Assembly: GCA_963717525.1 (NCBI GenBank)
Contig: OY970343.1
Span: forward strand, 2,112,001 to 2,176,000
Origin: an uncultured Methanoregulaceae archaeon
GTDB taxonomy: Archaea; Halobacteriota; Methanomicrobia; Methanomicrobiales; Methanospirillaceae
DNA length: 64,000 nt
Reading direction: 5' to 3'
The notes beneath the pieces were generated by a model. It worked only from the letters and a program-made list of their open reading frames with translations, made no database searches and was not told where the DNA came from. Shown piece by piece: positions 8,994 to 18,833 of the stretch. Position numbers and translations under genes: made by a program. The first letter of the stretch is position 1. Each line of letters opens with the position of its first letter.

Positions 8994-9998
8994 TCAGAGG
9001 ATGATCTCGATATCGAGCTTCTCTGCCAGTTCTTTGTACCTGTTCCTGATGGTGACTTCCGTGACCCCGGCCACTTCCGCCACTTCGCGCTGGGTGCGCC
9101 GCTCGCCTCCAAGGATGGACGAGATGTATATGGCAGCGGCCGCGACCCCGGTCGGTCCCCTGCCGCTTGTGAGTTCACGTTCCCCTGCCTGCCTCAGGAT
9201 CTCGACTGCCCGGCTCTGGACCTCTCCCTTAAGGGTAAGCCCGGAGCAGAAGCGTGGTACGTAATCTATCGGGGAAGTTGGGAGGAGCTTTAAGCCCAGT
9301 TCCCGGGAGATGAACCGGTAGGTCCTGCCGATCTCTTTTCTTGAAACCCGGGACACTTCAGCGATCTCGTCAAGCGTACGGGGCACACTGCACTGCCGGC
9401 AGGCCGCGTACAGCGCTGCAGCCGCGACACCTTCGATGCTCCGGCCCCGGATCAGGTTCTTGTCCACCGCGTCACGGTAGACCACGGCGGCGGTTTCACG
9501 GACATTCCGCGGGAGGCCAAGCGCTGAGGCCATGCGGTCCAGTTCCGAGAGCGCAAAGGCAAGGTTCCTCTCTGTCGCGTTGCTCACGCGGATCCGGCGC
9601 TGCCACTTGCGGAGACGGTAGAGCTGGGCCCGGTTCTTGGAGGAGATGGCCCTGCCGTACGAATCCCGGTTGCGCCAGTCGATCATCGTGGAGAGACCCT
9701 TGTCGTGTATGGTAAAGGTCATCGGGGCGCCGACACGGGAACGTTTCATTCGCTGGTCGTGGTCGAACGCACGCCACTCGGGGCCGCGGTCGATGAAGTC
9801 GTCATCGATCACCAAGCCGCAGCTCTGGCAGACCAGCTCTGCACGTTCGTAATCGTGGACGAGCTGACGGCTGCCGCACTCGGGACAGACCGTCTCGGTA
9901 TGGTTTTCTGCTTTCTTTTCCTGCTCTTTAACTTTTATACGGGATTTGAGCGCTTCCCTCTCAGTCTGGAGGAGTTTTAGTTTCTCTACTTCCTGCAT
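8994..9998 (-). CDS. tfb: Transcription initiation factor IIB
   Basis: CPECGS Zn ribbon, GPEWRAF, two cyclin repeats. Confidence 0.98.
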   Translation of the reverse strand: MQEVEKLKLLQTEREALKSRIKVKEQEKKAENHTETVCPECGSRQLVHDYERAELVCQSCGLVIDDDFIDRGPEWRAFDHDQRMKRSRVGAPMTFTIHDKGLSTMIDWRNRDSYGRAISSKNRAQLYRLRKWQRRIRVSNATERNLAFALSELDRMASALGLPRNVRETAAVVYRDAVDKNLIRGRSIEGVAAAALYAACRQCSVPRTLDEIAEVSRVSRKEIGRTYRFISRELGLKLLPTSPIDYVPRFCSGLTLKGEVQSRAVEILRQAGERELTSGRGPTGVAAAAIYISSILGGERRTQREVAEVAGVTEVTIRNRYKELAEKLDIEIIL

Positions 9999-10014
9999 CC
10001 GGCTTCACCATCAA

Positions 10015-10293
10015 TTATCTTGTTGCTGACCTGAACGGTTCTTTTCGGGCTGTCGCGGGGATGCGGGATTCCCTCGCGAAGACTTTCTCGCCCGGTTTTA
10101 CGCTGCATGGGCCATGGGAAAGGATAAGGGCATAGGGCGATTTCACGTTCCCGAAGACGTCCATGATCCTGCCCACCGGTTTTGTCCTCCGGTCCATCAC
10201 TTCGCTGTACAACCCCGGGAGCTGGGCGGCGTCGCACTGGATGATAAACATCCTGCTGCCGTAGGTGCTCATCGCTCGGCCAACAACTTTCAC
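10015..10293 (-). CDS. gar1: H/ACA RNP component Gar1
   Basis: VGRIMDVFGNVKSPY motif; conserved position upstream of tfb; GTG start after GAGG. Confidence 0.85.
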   Translation of the reverse strand: MKVVGRAMSTYGSRMFIIQCDAAQLPGLYSEVMDRRTKPVGRIMDVFGNVKSPYALILSHGPCSVKPGEKVFARESRIPATARKEPFRSATR

Positions 10294-10319
10294 ACAACAA
10301 CCTCGGGGGGTACACAAAG

Positions 10320-10350
10320 TACTAAACTAATTTAGTAATCTATATATGTA
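10320..10350 (-). promoter_or_regulatory. TATA box and palindromic operator candidate for gar1-tfb
   Basis: Minus-strand TACATATATA next to the perfect inverted repeat TACTAAA-N4-TTTAGTA (10320-10337). Confidence 0.5.
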
Positions 10351-10396
10351 AGACATTGTGGTATTTAAATATTCCGTGAAAGTATAAATAGAAATT

Positions 10397-11050
10397 TCAG
10401 AAACCGAGGAACCGGTCAATATTTAAAGATATAATGTCGGCGGCTTCGTCAGCAGTCAGACCGGCCCCCATCGCCACATTCTCTTTGCCTGTTCTGTCCA
10501 GAAGATCGTGCGGCGCATGCGCGTCCGAGTCTACCACAATCTGGCACGAGACCTCCCGGGCGATGCGCACCACATGGCCGTTCGTGCGGTTGTGTCCGCC
10601 CCGGGAGGTGATCTCGAGCGCGATGCCGTTCTCGAGCGCGATCTTTGCGTCTTCGCGCGTGATCAAGCCCGGGTGGGCGAGCACGTTCACATCCCGGCAG
10701 ATGCAGGCCGCGTGATTGGTGCCGGGTGCCACCGGTTCAACCGTTGTCTCCCCATGGACGATCACGATCTCCGCTCCCGCCTCACGGGCCTGCCGTGCGA
10801 CCGCTGCGATCTGTGTTGGCGGCACGTGCGTGATCTCGACACCGCACAGGAGCCGGACGCCAAAGAGCCGGGCGGATTCCTGCACGTCAAGGAGCGATTC
10901 GACGACCGCTGCAGCATTGGACGTATCGACATGGTCGGTGATGGCAACCGTGGTGTACCCGATCACGGCCATGCGCCGCACCAGCTCGGATGGCAACATC
11001 TCGCCGTCGGAAAGGATTGTGTGGGTATGGAAGTCGTACAGGCCGGTCAC
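10397..11050 (-). CDS. PHP-domain (histidinol phosphatase-like) protein
   Basis: DFHTHTILSDG, ITDH, GVEITH, AHPG, DSDAH. Confidence 0.92.
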   Translation of the reverse strand: MTGLYDFHTHTILSDGEMLPSELVRRMAVIGYTTVAITDHVDTSNAAAVVESLLDVQESARLFGVRLLCGVEITHVPPTQIAAVARQAREAGAEIVIVHGETTVEPVAPGTNHAACICRDVNVLAHPGLITREDAKIALENGIALEITSRGGHNRTNGHVVRIAREVSCQIVVDSDAHAPHDLLDRTGKENVAMGAGLTADEAADIISLNIDRFLGF

Positions 11051-11322
11051 CGTTTCACCTCAATGGCCCGGGCGATTTTTTTGATAAGCGCCCCTTTTTT
11101 TCCGGTCCATGTGGCGATAACCCGTCCCTCGTGCCGGGCCCAGTGGGCCGGGTGGTGGTGCTCCTCGGTCTGGCAGGCTATGCCGAGGCGCTTTAACGCC
11201 CGCTCGATATCGCCGGCATTCGGTCCTTTCGCTCCGAGCGTATGCGGGACCCTGCGTCCTTCCTCGCGGGAGAGGGCAGCGTTGAAATAACAGGGATAGA
11301 GAATGCACTCGCCTTTATCCAT
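11047..11322 (-). CDS. srp19: Signal recognition particle protein SRP19
   Basis: ILYPCYFNAALSREEGRRVP, HPAHW, KGALIKKIA. Confidence 0.92.
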   Translation of the reverse strand: MDKGECILYPCYFNAALSREEGRRVPHTLGAKGPNAGDIERALKRLGIACQTEEHHHPAHWARHEGRVIATWTGKKGALIKKIARAIEVKR

Positions 11323-11378
11323 TGCGTAAAAAGTATGGGGGTCAAGATATAAACACTGTCCGCTCAAAAAGTAATGGT

Positions 11379-12026
11379 ATGCACCACATCGACGTCAGAA
11401 TGGAGAAGGATGTATACGACGTCAACAACGCGATTGCGGACGGGAATGCCAGGCACTTAAAGGAACATGGCATCCGTGCTTTCGACCTGCTCGGGGCGAT
11501 TGGCTCAGGAAAGACCGCACTCATCGAACGTCTTGTCCCGCTGCTGAATGCAAAAGGGCTCCGGGCCGGCGCGATCGCCGGCGATGTGTATGGCGATGAT
11601 GATTTCCAGCGGATCGTGGCGCAGGGTATCCCTGCCTACAATGCAAACACCGGCAAGGAATGCCACCTCGATGCCCATCTTGTCGAGCACGCGATCGAGC
11701 ACCTCCCGCTGGACAAGATCGACATTCTCTTCATCGAGAACGTAGGGAACATGGTCTGCCCCACCGACTTCCGGCTCGGTGCTGAAAAACGGATCGTGAT
11801 CGTCAGCTCGACCGAAGGTGACGACGTAGTCAACAAGCACCCTATGATGTTCAGGGATTGCACGATCGGTGTTATCAACAAGGTCGACCTCGCCCCGCTT
11901 GTGGGAGCAAACCTCGCCCGGATGGAAGCCGACATCCACCGGTACAACCCGAAGATGCCGGTCTTTATGACCAACATGAAGACCGGGGAGAATGTTGCGC
12001 AGCTTCTCGATGCGATTCTCGCGTAA
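11379..12026 (+). CDS. hypB: Hydrogenase nickel incorporation GTPase HypB
   Basis: GAIGSGKT, CHLDAH, ENVGNMVCP, NKVDL. Confidence 0.95.
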   Translation: MHHIDVRMEKDVYDVNNAIADGNARHLKEHGIRAFDLLGAIGSGKTALIERLVPLLNAKGLRAGAIAGDVYGDDDFQRIVAQGIPAYNANTGKECHLDAHLVEHAIEHLPLDKIDILFIENVGNMVCPTDFRLGAEKRIVIVSSTEGDDVVNKHPMMFRDCTIGVINKVDLAPLVGANLARMEADIHRYNPKMPVFMTNMKTGENVAQLLDAILA

Positions 12027-12146
12027 CCATGGAAAGGATGCACCTCCGATCGGGAAATAGTATAAATAACTCCGGAGGGAACATATACAGCACCATTTCC
12101 GGAAAAAAGAATGGTTCCGGAAAAAAGATTACAAAGGAGTGACACT

Positions 12147-12524
12147 ATGCTCTGGCAGGGAGAATCAATACGGAAGGTAACCGGCGGCAGGCGCCGCCCG
12201 GCACAGGGAAAGCGGAGATTTGAGATCGGGCTTGCACCCGCAGACACTCATATCGGTGAGGACCGGACGAAAAAGGTCCGGATCACGGGTGGGAACATCA
12301 AGGTTCGGTCCATGCGGGCGCAGTACGCAAACGTCACCAAACTCTCCAACGGCGAGACCAAAAAAGTAAAGATCGAGCACGTTGAAGAGAACGGCGCAAA
12401 CCCGAACTACGTCCGGCGGAACCTGCTCACCAAGGGTGCCATTGTCCGTACCGAGATCGGACGCGCCCGGATCATGAGCCGTCCCGGCCAGGACGGCATC
12501 ATCAACGCGGTGTTACTCGAATAA
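12147..12524 (+). CDS. rps8e: 30S ribosomal protein S8e
   Basis: RKVTGGRRR, NPNYVRRNLLTKGA, SRPGQDG. Confidence 0.97.
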   Translation: MLWQGESIRKVTGGRRRPAQGKRRFEIGLAPADTHIGEDRTKKVRITGGNIKVRSMRAQYANVTKLSNGETKKVKIEHVEENGANPNYVRRNLLTKGAIVRTEIGRARIMSRPGQDGIINAVLLE

Positions 12525-12649
12525 ACCGGTCCGGGGATCATCCCCGCATTTTTTCGTGCGCCCGGCACCCGTCCCGGCACAGTACCTGCTTTTTACCCTC
12601 ACGGGTGCAGCAATTGTTTTTTTAGGTTAGGCTATCCCATAGTGTAACC

Positions 12650-13072
12650 ATGCGAAGGATCTATTATCGTTACCCGCAGCGGGTGGATCTCTCGTTTGCG
12701 ATGGGAATGACGTTTCCTGAAACCCTGAAATATATCGCAGAACTGAACGGACAGGAATCCACCAAGACCACCGGGAAAGAACTGGTCCGGATCCGGGTGA
12801 AGGTTGAGCTCGCGACAAACCGGGCTGAATTCGGCGACATCACTCCCGATGTCCTGCGCCCCGGCGTCATCACCGAGGCTGCCGATATCAGGATCTCGGT
12901 GCTTGCGCTTGCCCTGCGGGGGACCGGGAAGATCCCGGTTGCAAACGACGTTTTCTTTGTACGGCTCACCGACAGGAATACCTGCACTGACATCGACATC
13001 GCCCGGCAGGACTCCGGCGAAGGGCTGGACGCTCTTGATATGAAAAATATCCTTCTGGGAAAATCGAATTGA
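12650..13072 (+). CDS. Hypothetical protein (start may be 12701)
   Basis: Open ORF overlapping the downstream gene start; no family recognised. Confidence 0.6.
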   Translation: MRRIYYRYPQRVDLSFAMGMTFPETLKYIAELNGQESTKTTGKELVRIRVKVELATNRAEFGDITPDVLRPGVITEAADIRISVLALALRGTGKIPVANDVFFVRLTDRNTCTDIDIARQDSGEGLDALDMKNILLGKSN

Positions 13073-13530
13073 CGCTCCGGATCACGGTGGCCGCACCGTT
13101 CAGGCATACCCGCAAGACCGCCCTGCGCAGGAACGAGCTCGTCTACTATTACGCGCTCGACCGAAAGTGGATGAGCACAGACCAGGCGGCCGTTTTGCTC
13201 CGGCGGGCAGAAGAGGCGGGGCTCCTCCGGCAGGACAACGGCGTTTTTACGATCCTCTTTGACCCGGCCACAGAGACAATCCCCATCGGTTTTCGGCCCA
13301 CCTCTGCAATCTTCGAGACAAACGATCCTGCTCAGGAGCTGATCGGCCGGATCATGAAGGCAAGGGGTGTACCGGAGACAGAGATAGTCGCCGATATGAA
13401 CAGGATTATACGGGAGCAGTTTGGCGGGAATCTGCTGCCCCCGGCGGCTCTCGTAATTCTCGCAAAGAAATACGGGGTGCCATACGAGGACCTGCGCGAG
13501 ACCCTCGTCGCGTCGGTAAAGAAAGGATAA
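13069..13530 (+). CDS. DUF2240 family protein
   Basis: LRITVAAPF, ALDRKWMS, IPIGFRP. Confidence 0.85.
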   Translation: MTLRITVAAPFRHTRKTALRRNELVYYYALDRKWMSTDQAAVLLRRAEEAGLLRQDNGVFTILFDPATETIPIGFRPTSAIFETNDPAQELIGRIMKARGVPETEIVADMNRIIREQFGGNLLPPAALVILAKKYGVPYEDLRETLVASVKKG

Positions 13531-13641
13531 TACATTTCACGTTTCCGGTCTCTTTTTTTGGGGTTTGATCCCGGTATTTTTTCATTTGGCGTCTGAAATC
13601 CCCCGGAAAAGCCATATAATCAAAAGATTATACAATTACGT

Positions 13642-14181
13642 ATGCAGATGCGAATGCATGGGGGCCGGCGGCGCAGATCGCACGAGATCCCGTGGCTTTT
13701 TGTCGCCACGATCATTGGCATCGTGGTGGTTGCAGGGGCTGCAGTCATTTATTTTTCCAGCTCCGGTGGATTATCCACGGGCCATTCCTCTTCCGATGAT
13801 ATGATCGTGGTACAACCGACGACCAGCACCGTGGGGGCATCCGGGTCTTCAACGACGTCGTACTCATCGACCCCGATCGTTATTGCAACGACAGCGCCAC
13901 CAAACATCCCGGCAACCGGTGTCTCTGTCACTGTCAGTTATATCGGAGGTTTTTCCGGCTCCTATAGCACCGGTGGCATGACAACGACCATAACGCCCAA
14001 CTCGGGAACCCAGATATATCAGGTGGCAAACGCGACCGGGACGGTGACAGCAACCTTCCAGAAAACCGACAACACCGCCACCCATGCGCTGACCGTAATC
14101 ATCTACGAGAATGGCAAGCAGCTCGCCTCCAACAGTACGAGCGCCTCCTACGGGAAGGTTACGCTCACGGCAGCCGTGTAA
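13642..14181 (+). CDS. Membrane-anchored Ser/Thr-rich surface protein
   Basis: Basic N-terminus, TM helix, S/T linker, beta-rich C-terminal domain ending STSASYGKVTL. Confidence 0.75.
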   Translation: MQMRMHGGRRRRSHEIPWLFVATIIGIVVVAGAAVIYFSSSGGLSTGHSSSDDMIVVQPTTSTVGASGSSTTSYSSTPIVIATTAPPNIPATGVSVTVSYIGGFSGSYSTGGMTTTITPNSGTQIYQVANATGTVTATFQKTDNTATHALTVIIYENGKQLASNSTSASYGKVTLTAAV

Positions 14182-14423
14182 CCGGTAGTCAGGGATCTCT
14201 CTTTTTACCAGCTGACGCACTCTAAACAGCGTACGGTTTTCGCCTCTCTTTATGAGAACCGTACAAATGCCATCCTTAGAGATCCCGGTTCTCACGAAGA
14301 AGCGTACTCATCCTACCCTCCTACGGGAAGGCAAAAGGTGAAAGGGGAAACGGAAACCGATCTCCCCCCAAAGACAGAGGGTGTTTCCGGCCGGCCCGAT
14401 CCGTCCTGTCCAGGTTCATGTGG

Positions 14424-14516
14424 TTATCCGCAGTTGGAATATGGGCACCACGCCCTGAACCAGCAGCCGCAGCAGCTGTATCTCAGTCCTTTCGGACATT
14501 TGGTTTTGGTTGGCAT
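14424..14516 (-). CDS. Putative Cys-rich microprotein MPTKTKCPKGLRYSCCGCWFRAWCPYSNCG
   Basis: ATG 14516 to TAA 14424; six Cys in 30 aa; AT-rich TATA-like element ~30 nt upstream; hairpin and T-rich tract downstream. Confidence 0.45.
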   Translation of the reverse strand: MPTKTKCPKGLRYSCCGCWFRAWCPYSNCG

Positions 14517-14703
14517 ACAAGGAAATTATTCCGGGACGAAATATATCTGGCGTTGAGCGAAATTTATTCTGCACTCAAAATCGCCGCCGGATGTTAATTC
14601 GGGGCGCCCCATGGGGGACAGCGACACGCACGCGTACCGGGAACCTGCACGCCAGAATCGAATCAGAAAACAACTACAAGAAAAAAATATTGTGCCGGCG
14701 AAT

Positions 14704-15144
14704 TTACTTCCGGGCCTTTCTCTCTTTTGGCTTGTCAGCCTTCTTTTCGCCCTCGGCCTTCTCCGTCTTCGGGAACATCTCGTCAAGGGACTTCTCGCCG
14801 TACGCAGTCACGCGGGCGTTGACCTGCACGAACTCGGGGGTGATCTGGTGGGCGCGGATCATCTTTCTTTTGCGCTCGCCTTCCATTACCGGGTGGAATC
14901 CAACGCCTTCCGCGAGCAGGAGTTTCCTTCTCCCTGCACCCGGCAGGCTTTTTCTTGCGGGCGTCCCGGTCTGATCCGAGCCCCCGGTGATCAGGATCTT
15001 ATACCCTGCAAGCCCAAGGGGGCCGGCGTCCACTTCGTCCCCGATCTTCTTTCCCACGATCGCTCCTGCTGCGCCGGTGCTGGCATCGACATTGTAGGCG
15101 CGACCGGTCTTCGGGTCTGATACAACAACCTTTAACTCAACCAT
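14704..15144 (-). CDS. rps6e: 30S ribosomal protein S6e
   Basis: KVVVSDPKTG, ITGGSD, GERKRKMIR. Confidence 0.96.
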   Translation of the reverse strand: MVELKVVVSDPKTGRAYNVDASTGAAGAIVGKKIGDEVDAGPLGLAGYKILITGGSDQTGTPARKSLPGAGRRKLLLAEGVGFHPVMEGERKRKMIRAHQITPEFVQVNARVTAYGEKSLDEMFPKTEKAEGEKKADKPKERKARK

Positions 15145-15332
15145 GCTTGATTCTCCGTATTGGTTATCCCGGGACGTGCCCGATGTCGGGAGTCCCGTTC
15201 ACTTTCGGGCTGACGGCGCAATAACACCTGTGCACGTGAAGTACCCATTTAATTATACCGGTACGCTATTAAACCCTCGCGTCCTTTGGGACCGACCATG
15301 CATGCCACAATAAACCCCCTGAAGCCGCCCTC

Positions 15333-17111
15333 TCACTTGCCCCAGAACGGCTCGGCCTTGCGCCGGATCGCAACGAACTCGGCGAGCACATCCTGCGTGC
15401 TGATATTTAAGTTCTTGAGCATCTCGCGTTCGAGGACTTTCACGTGCCTCTCCGGGAGATCCACGAGCAGGTCATCGCCCACGTTGAGCTGCCGGCCAAT
15501 CGTCGCCCCTTCGATCGAGATCGCAACTTCGAGGCCGGCATCCGCCTCCCGGATCGCCTCCTGACGGAGCTGCATGGACTTTAAGTGCCCCACCTTCTTC
15601 CCGTCGAGCTTGACGAGGTCGACATCGCTCCTGAGCTTCCCGCCCAGCACCCGGACGCCGACCACTGCCGGGTTGCTCTGCCGGAAGACGCAGTCCGGCA
15701 GCAGCCGGATCTTTGCCGGCATCATCACATGCTCGAACTGCGCCTTCTCCGCGATCCGTTTTTGTTCATCCCGGTACGTGACGTACTGGTCGATGAGCTG
15801 GTAGATTACCTGCCCCGAGAAGACCTTCACCTGAGTGTAAAGTGGGTCCTTGATCATATCTGCAGCGTCGGGAAGGATTGGCGTGTTGAACGACAACAGG
15901 ACGCGGAAAGCCGGGTTCTTGATCGTCTCGGTATCGATCAGGTCATGCCGGCTCACCGGGCCGACCTGTGCCCGCATCACCCTGATCTCCTTTGTCTCCA
16001 GTTCCTTGCAGAGTGCTTCGAGAGCGCCGATCGTATCCGCCTTGATCACGATGCCTTCTTCGGCAAGGTTGACGTGGATCTCCTGCATCTCCTTTCTGAT
16101 CCGGGCCGCGAGTTCGTCGGTGTTGCCCCGGACGACAAAAAGCGGTGAGCCGGCGATCACCTTTTCAAGGCCCGGGGCGGAAACCTTGATTCCCGACGCC
16201 GCGACAACGGATTTCACGCGCTCGAACCGGTCCTCGACGAGTATCTCCTTCATCGGCCGGGGCTTCAACAGCGACCTGACCTTGGTGATTACTACGTCGT
16301 CCTGCGAGGCCATCGCGATCTCGTCGCCCACCGAGAGCGTGCCGTCATACAGGATAACATCAAGGGTCGTCCCGAGGCCCCGCTCCTCCTTAACCTCGAG
16401 GACTGTGCCCGCCCCCGGCCCCTCGGCCGAAAGTTTGAGTTCGTCACCCATATACCGCTGGGCAAGCCCGATCATGACCATTAAAAGATCGGCGATTCCC
16501 TCTCCCGTGTGGGCGCTCACGGGGACGATCGCAAGGTTGCGCCGGAAATCCGAGACCCTGTCGTACCGGTCGGCAGAAAACCCGAGATCGGAGAGGTTTC
16601 CCACGATCTCGTAGGTTTTTGTCTCAATATCGCCGTGCACCCGTTCGTTCTGCTTTGCAAAACTTGACAAAAAAGATTCATCTTTGTTGATTCTCCAGCC
16701 GTGGACCCGGTCGATCTTTGTCGCCGCTATCACAAACGGCGTCTTACAGTTCCGGAGGATCTGGAGCGCCTCGATCGTCTGGGGCTGGAACCCCTGGTTG
16801 ATATCGACCACAAGGATCGCCATGTCGGCAAGTGCCCCGCCCCGGGCCCGCAGCGTGGTAAACGCGTGGTGTCCCGGGGTGTCGATGAAAAGCAGGCCGG
16901 GGATATTGAAGGGAACCTTCTCCATCGACCCGCTCATCTTCCGGATCGCATCGATGGGGACGATTGTCGCCCCAATGTGCTGGGTGATCGCACCCGCCTC
17001 TGAAGAAACGACCGATGAGCCGCGGATCCGGTCGAGGAGCGAGGTCTTGCCATGATCTACATGGCCCATAACGCACACAATAGGCGTCCTGATCTTCGGG
17101 TCTGCCGCCAT
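15333..17111 (-). CDS. infB: Translation initiation factor aIF5B/IF-2
   Basis: GHVDHGKT, ITQHIGA, DTPGH, TKID. Confidence 0.98.
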   Translation of the reverse strand: MAADPKIRTPIVCVMGHVDHGKTSLLDRIRGSSVVSSEAGAITQHIGATIVPIDAIRKMSGSMEKVPFNIPGLLFIDTPGHHAFTTLRARGGALADMAILVVDINQGFQPQTIEALQILRNCKTPFVIAATKIDRVHGWRINKDESFLSSFAKQNERVHGDIETKTYEIVGNLSDLGFSADRYDRVSDFRRNLAIVPVSAHTGEGIADLLMVMIGLAQRYMGDELKLSAEGPGAGTVLEVKEERGLGTTLDVILYDGTLSVGDEIAMASQDDVVITKVRSLLKPRPMKEILVEDRFERVKSVVAASGIKVSAPGLEKVIAGSPLFVVRGNTDELAARIRKEMQEIHVNLAEEGIVIKADTIGALEALCKELETKEIRVMRAQVGPVSRHDLIDTETIKNPAFRVLLSFNTPILPDAADMIKDPLYTQVKVFSGQVIYQLIDQYVTYRDEQKRIAEKAQFEHVMMPAKIRLLPDCVFRQSNPAVVGVRVLGGKLRSDVDLVKLDGKKVGHLKSMQLRQEAIREADAGLEVAISIEGATIGRQLNVGDDLLVDLPERHVKVLEREMLKNLNISTQDVLAEFVAIRRKAEPFWGK

Positions 17112-17366
17112 TTCCCCAACCCTCCCGTTCGTGCGTGCCCTGATCGCAGATTAAAAATCATCCATGGCGCGGCGTCACCGGATGCCGCATGCCATTTATT
17201 AACGATATCCTTTCAGGGCCACCTGATAACTTAATGGACTCCCCACCCTATTAAAGTCCTCCCCAGACCGCGAGCGGGCCCGGACGGTTCTTTCAAGGGC
17301 GGGACCCTTTCGCGTAAAAGGGAGAAATATTAATCAGAGTTCACGCCCAAATTAACTGGAACATCT

Positions 17367-17440
17367 GCCAGGGTAGGGTAGTCTGGTTATCCTAAGGGGC
17401 TGTGGATCCCTCGACCCGGGTTCAAATCTCGGCCCTGGCC
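17367..17440 (+). tRNA. tRNA-His(GTG), no encoded G-1
   Basis: GCCAGGG/CCCTGGC acceptor stem, anticodon loop CT-GTG-GA, C73; base -1 (17366) is T. Confidence 0.96.
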
Positions 17441-17700
17441 TCATTATCGTAGTTTAAAGTCAAATTCTTTTTTAGTGCTCACATTGATCGCATTTTCTTG
17501 CTGGCATTTTCTCGTAAAACAGGCTCCTGCTTTCATTGCAGTCTAAAAAAGTTTTCATGTATTTTTCCTGAGTTTCTCCTCTCAAAAGCTGATGAAGGGT
17601 CGCATTGATTTTTATCCTGCCGGCGAATTTTTCCCTCCCGCGGCAGATATTCATAAACACATGTAATATTCATCTTGACAAAATGCCAATACTATCATAC

Positions 17701-18705
17701 ATGGACCCGGCAATTACAGATACCATCATGTTCCTTGCGGCAGGGATTTTTGCCGCAGTCGTTGTTCATTTTGTCTTTATCTTCCTCAAGAAGCAGGCAG
17801 AGAAGACAGAGACAATGATGGATGATCTTGTGGTGCACTCACTTGGCGCACCGCTCACGATACTCGCATTTTTCATTCCTTTTTTCTTTGCGATCCATCA
17901 CCTGATCGACCTCTATCCTCAGTACCAATGGCTTCGGGATGCGAATGTCCTTTTATCCGGGTATGTGATCATCGGAACATGGATTGCCGCAACATTTCTC
18001 GACGATTTTCTGCGGATCTACGGAAAGGCGCTTGCCGAAAAAACCGAGACCGATATCGATGACCAGATCGTGGAAATTCTCCAGAAAATCGGGAAGTACA
18101 TCATCTGGTTTACCGGTATCCTCTACATCCTTACCCTGTACAATATTAATATTACACCGCTTATTGCCGGCGCAGGAATCGTCGGCATTGCCATCGCCCT
18201 TGCCGCGCAGGATCTCTTCTCGAACTTCTTTGGTGGAGCGGTTATCATCACCGACCAGCCGTTCAAGGTGGGGGACCGGGTACTGATCAACGATGTTCTC
18301 GGGGACGTGACTCATATCGGTCCCCGGAGCACCCGTATCATAACACTCGATTCAGATGTCGTGACCATACCCAATACCAAGATTGCAACGAGTGTGGTCC
18401 ATAATTATTCCCTACCAAACCCTCAGGTCAGGATCCAGATCCCGGTAACGGTCCCGAATTCTCTGGATATCTCTCTGGTCAAAAAGGTGCTACAAGAGAT
18501 CTCTGATGAGGCGGTAAAGAACCGCCACGATATCATTGCTCACGATCCATCCCCGACAATATATCTCATGAATATGGACAAATCAACAATTACATTCCAG
18601 ATTACCGTCTTTGCAGCCGGTTTCCAGTATGGCAACATTATCCGGGACTACATGAATGTCCAGATCATCGAACGATTCCGGAAAGAAGCGATCCTTATTG
18701 CCTGA
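17701..18705 (+). CDS. MscS family mechanosensitive channel
   Basis: AGAGIVGIAIALAAQDLFSNFFGG, PFKVGD, IGPRSTRI, IPN. Confidence 0.93.
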   Translation: MDPAITDTIMFLAAGIFAAVVVHFVFIFLKKQAEKTETMMDDLVVHSLGAPLTILAFFIPFFFAIHHLIDLYPQYQWLRDANVLLSGYVIIGTWIAATFLDDFLRIYGKALAEKTETDIDDQIVEILQKIGKYIIWFTGILYILTLYNINITPLIAGAGIVGIAIALAAQDLFSNFFGGAVIITDQPFKVGDRVLINDVLGDVTHIGPRSTRIITLDSDVVTIPNTKIATSVVHNYSLPNPQVRIQIPVTVPNSLDISLVKKVLQEISDEAVKNRHDIIAHDPSPTIYLMNMDKSTITFQITVFAAGFQYGNIIRDYMNVQIIERFRKEAILIA

Positions 18706-18833
18706 TAAAGGCCAACACCTCATCCCCCGGTTTTAAACCAATTTCTTTAAAAAGCTAAAAGGAGAAACGGAGAGAATAGCCGGAACGGGTCCTCTTGCAT
18801 AAGCGCCCGGGATTATTCTGGATCAGGGAAACA

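Noticed and set aside
14185..14700. RNase P RNA or SRP RNA in the long gap near rps6e
   Set aside because: I could not find the conserved RNase P P4 segments (GAGGAAAGUCC and its 3' partner) or the SRP helix-8 motif on either strand.
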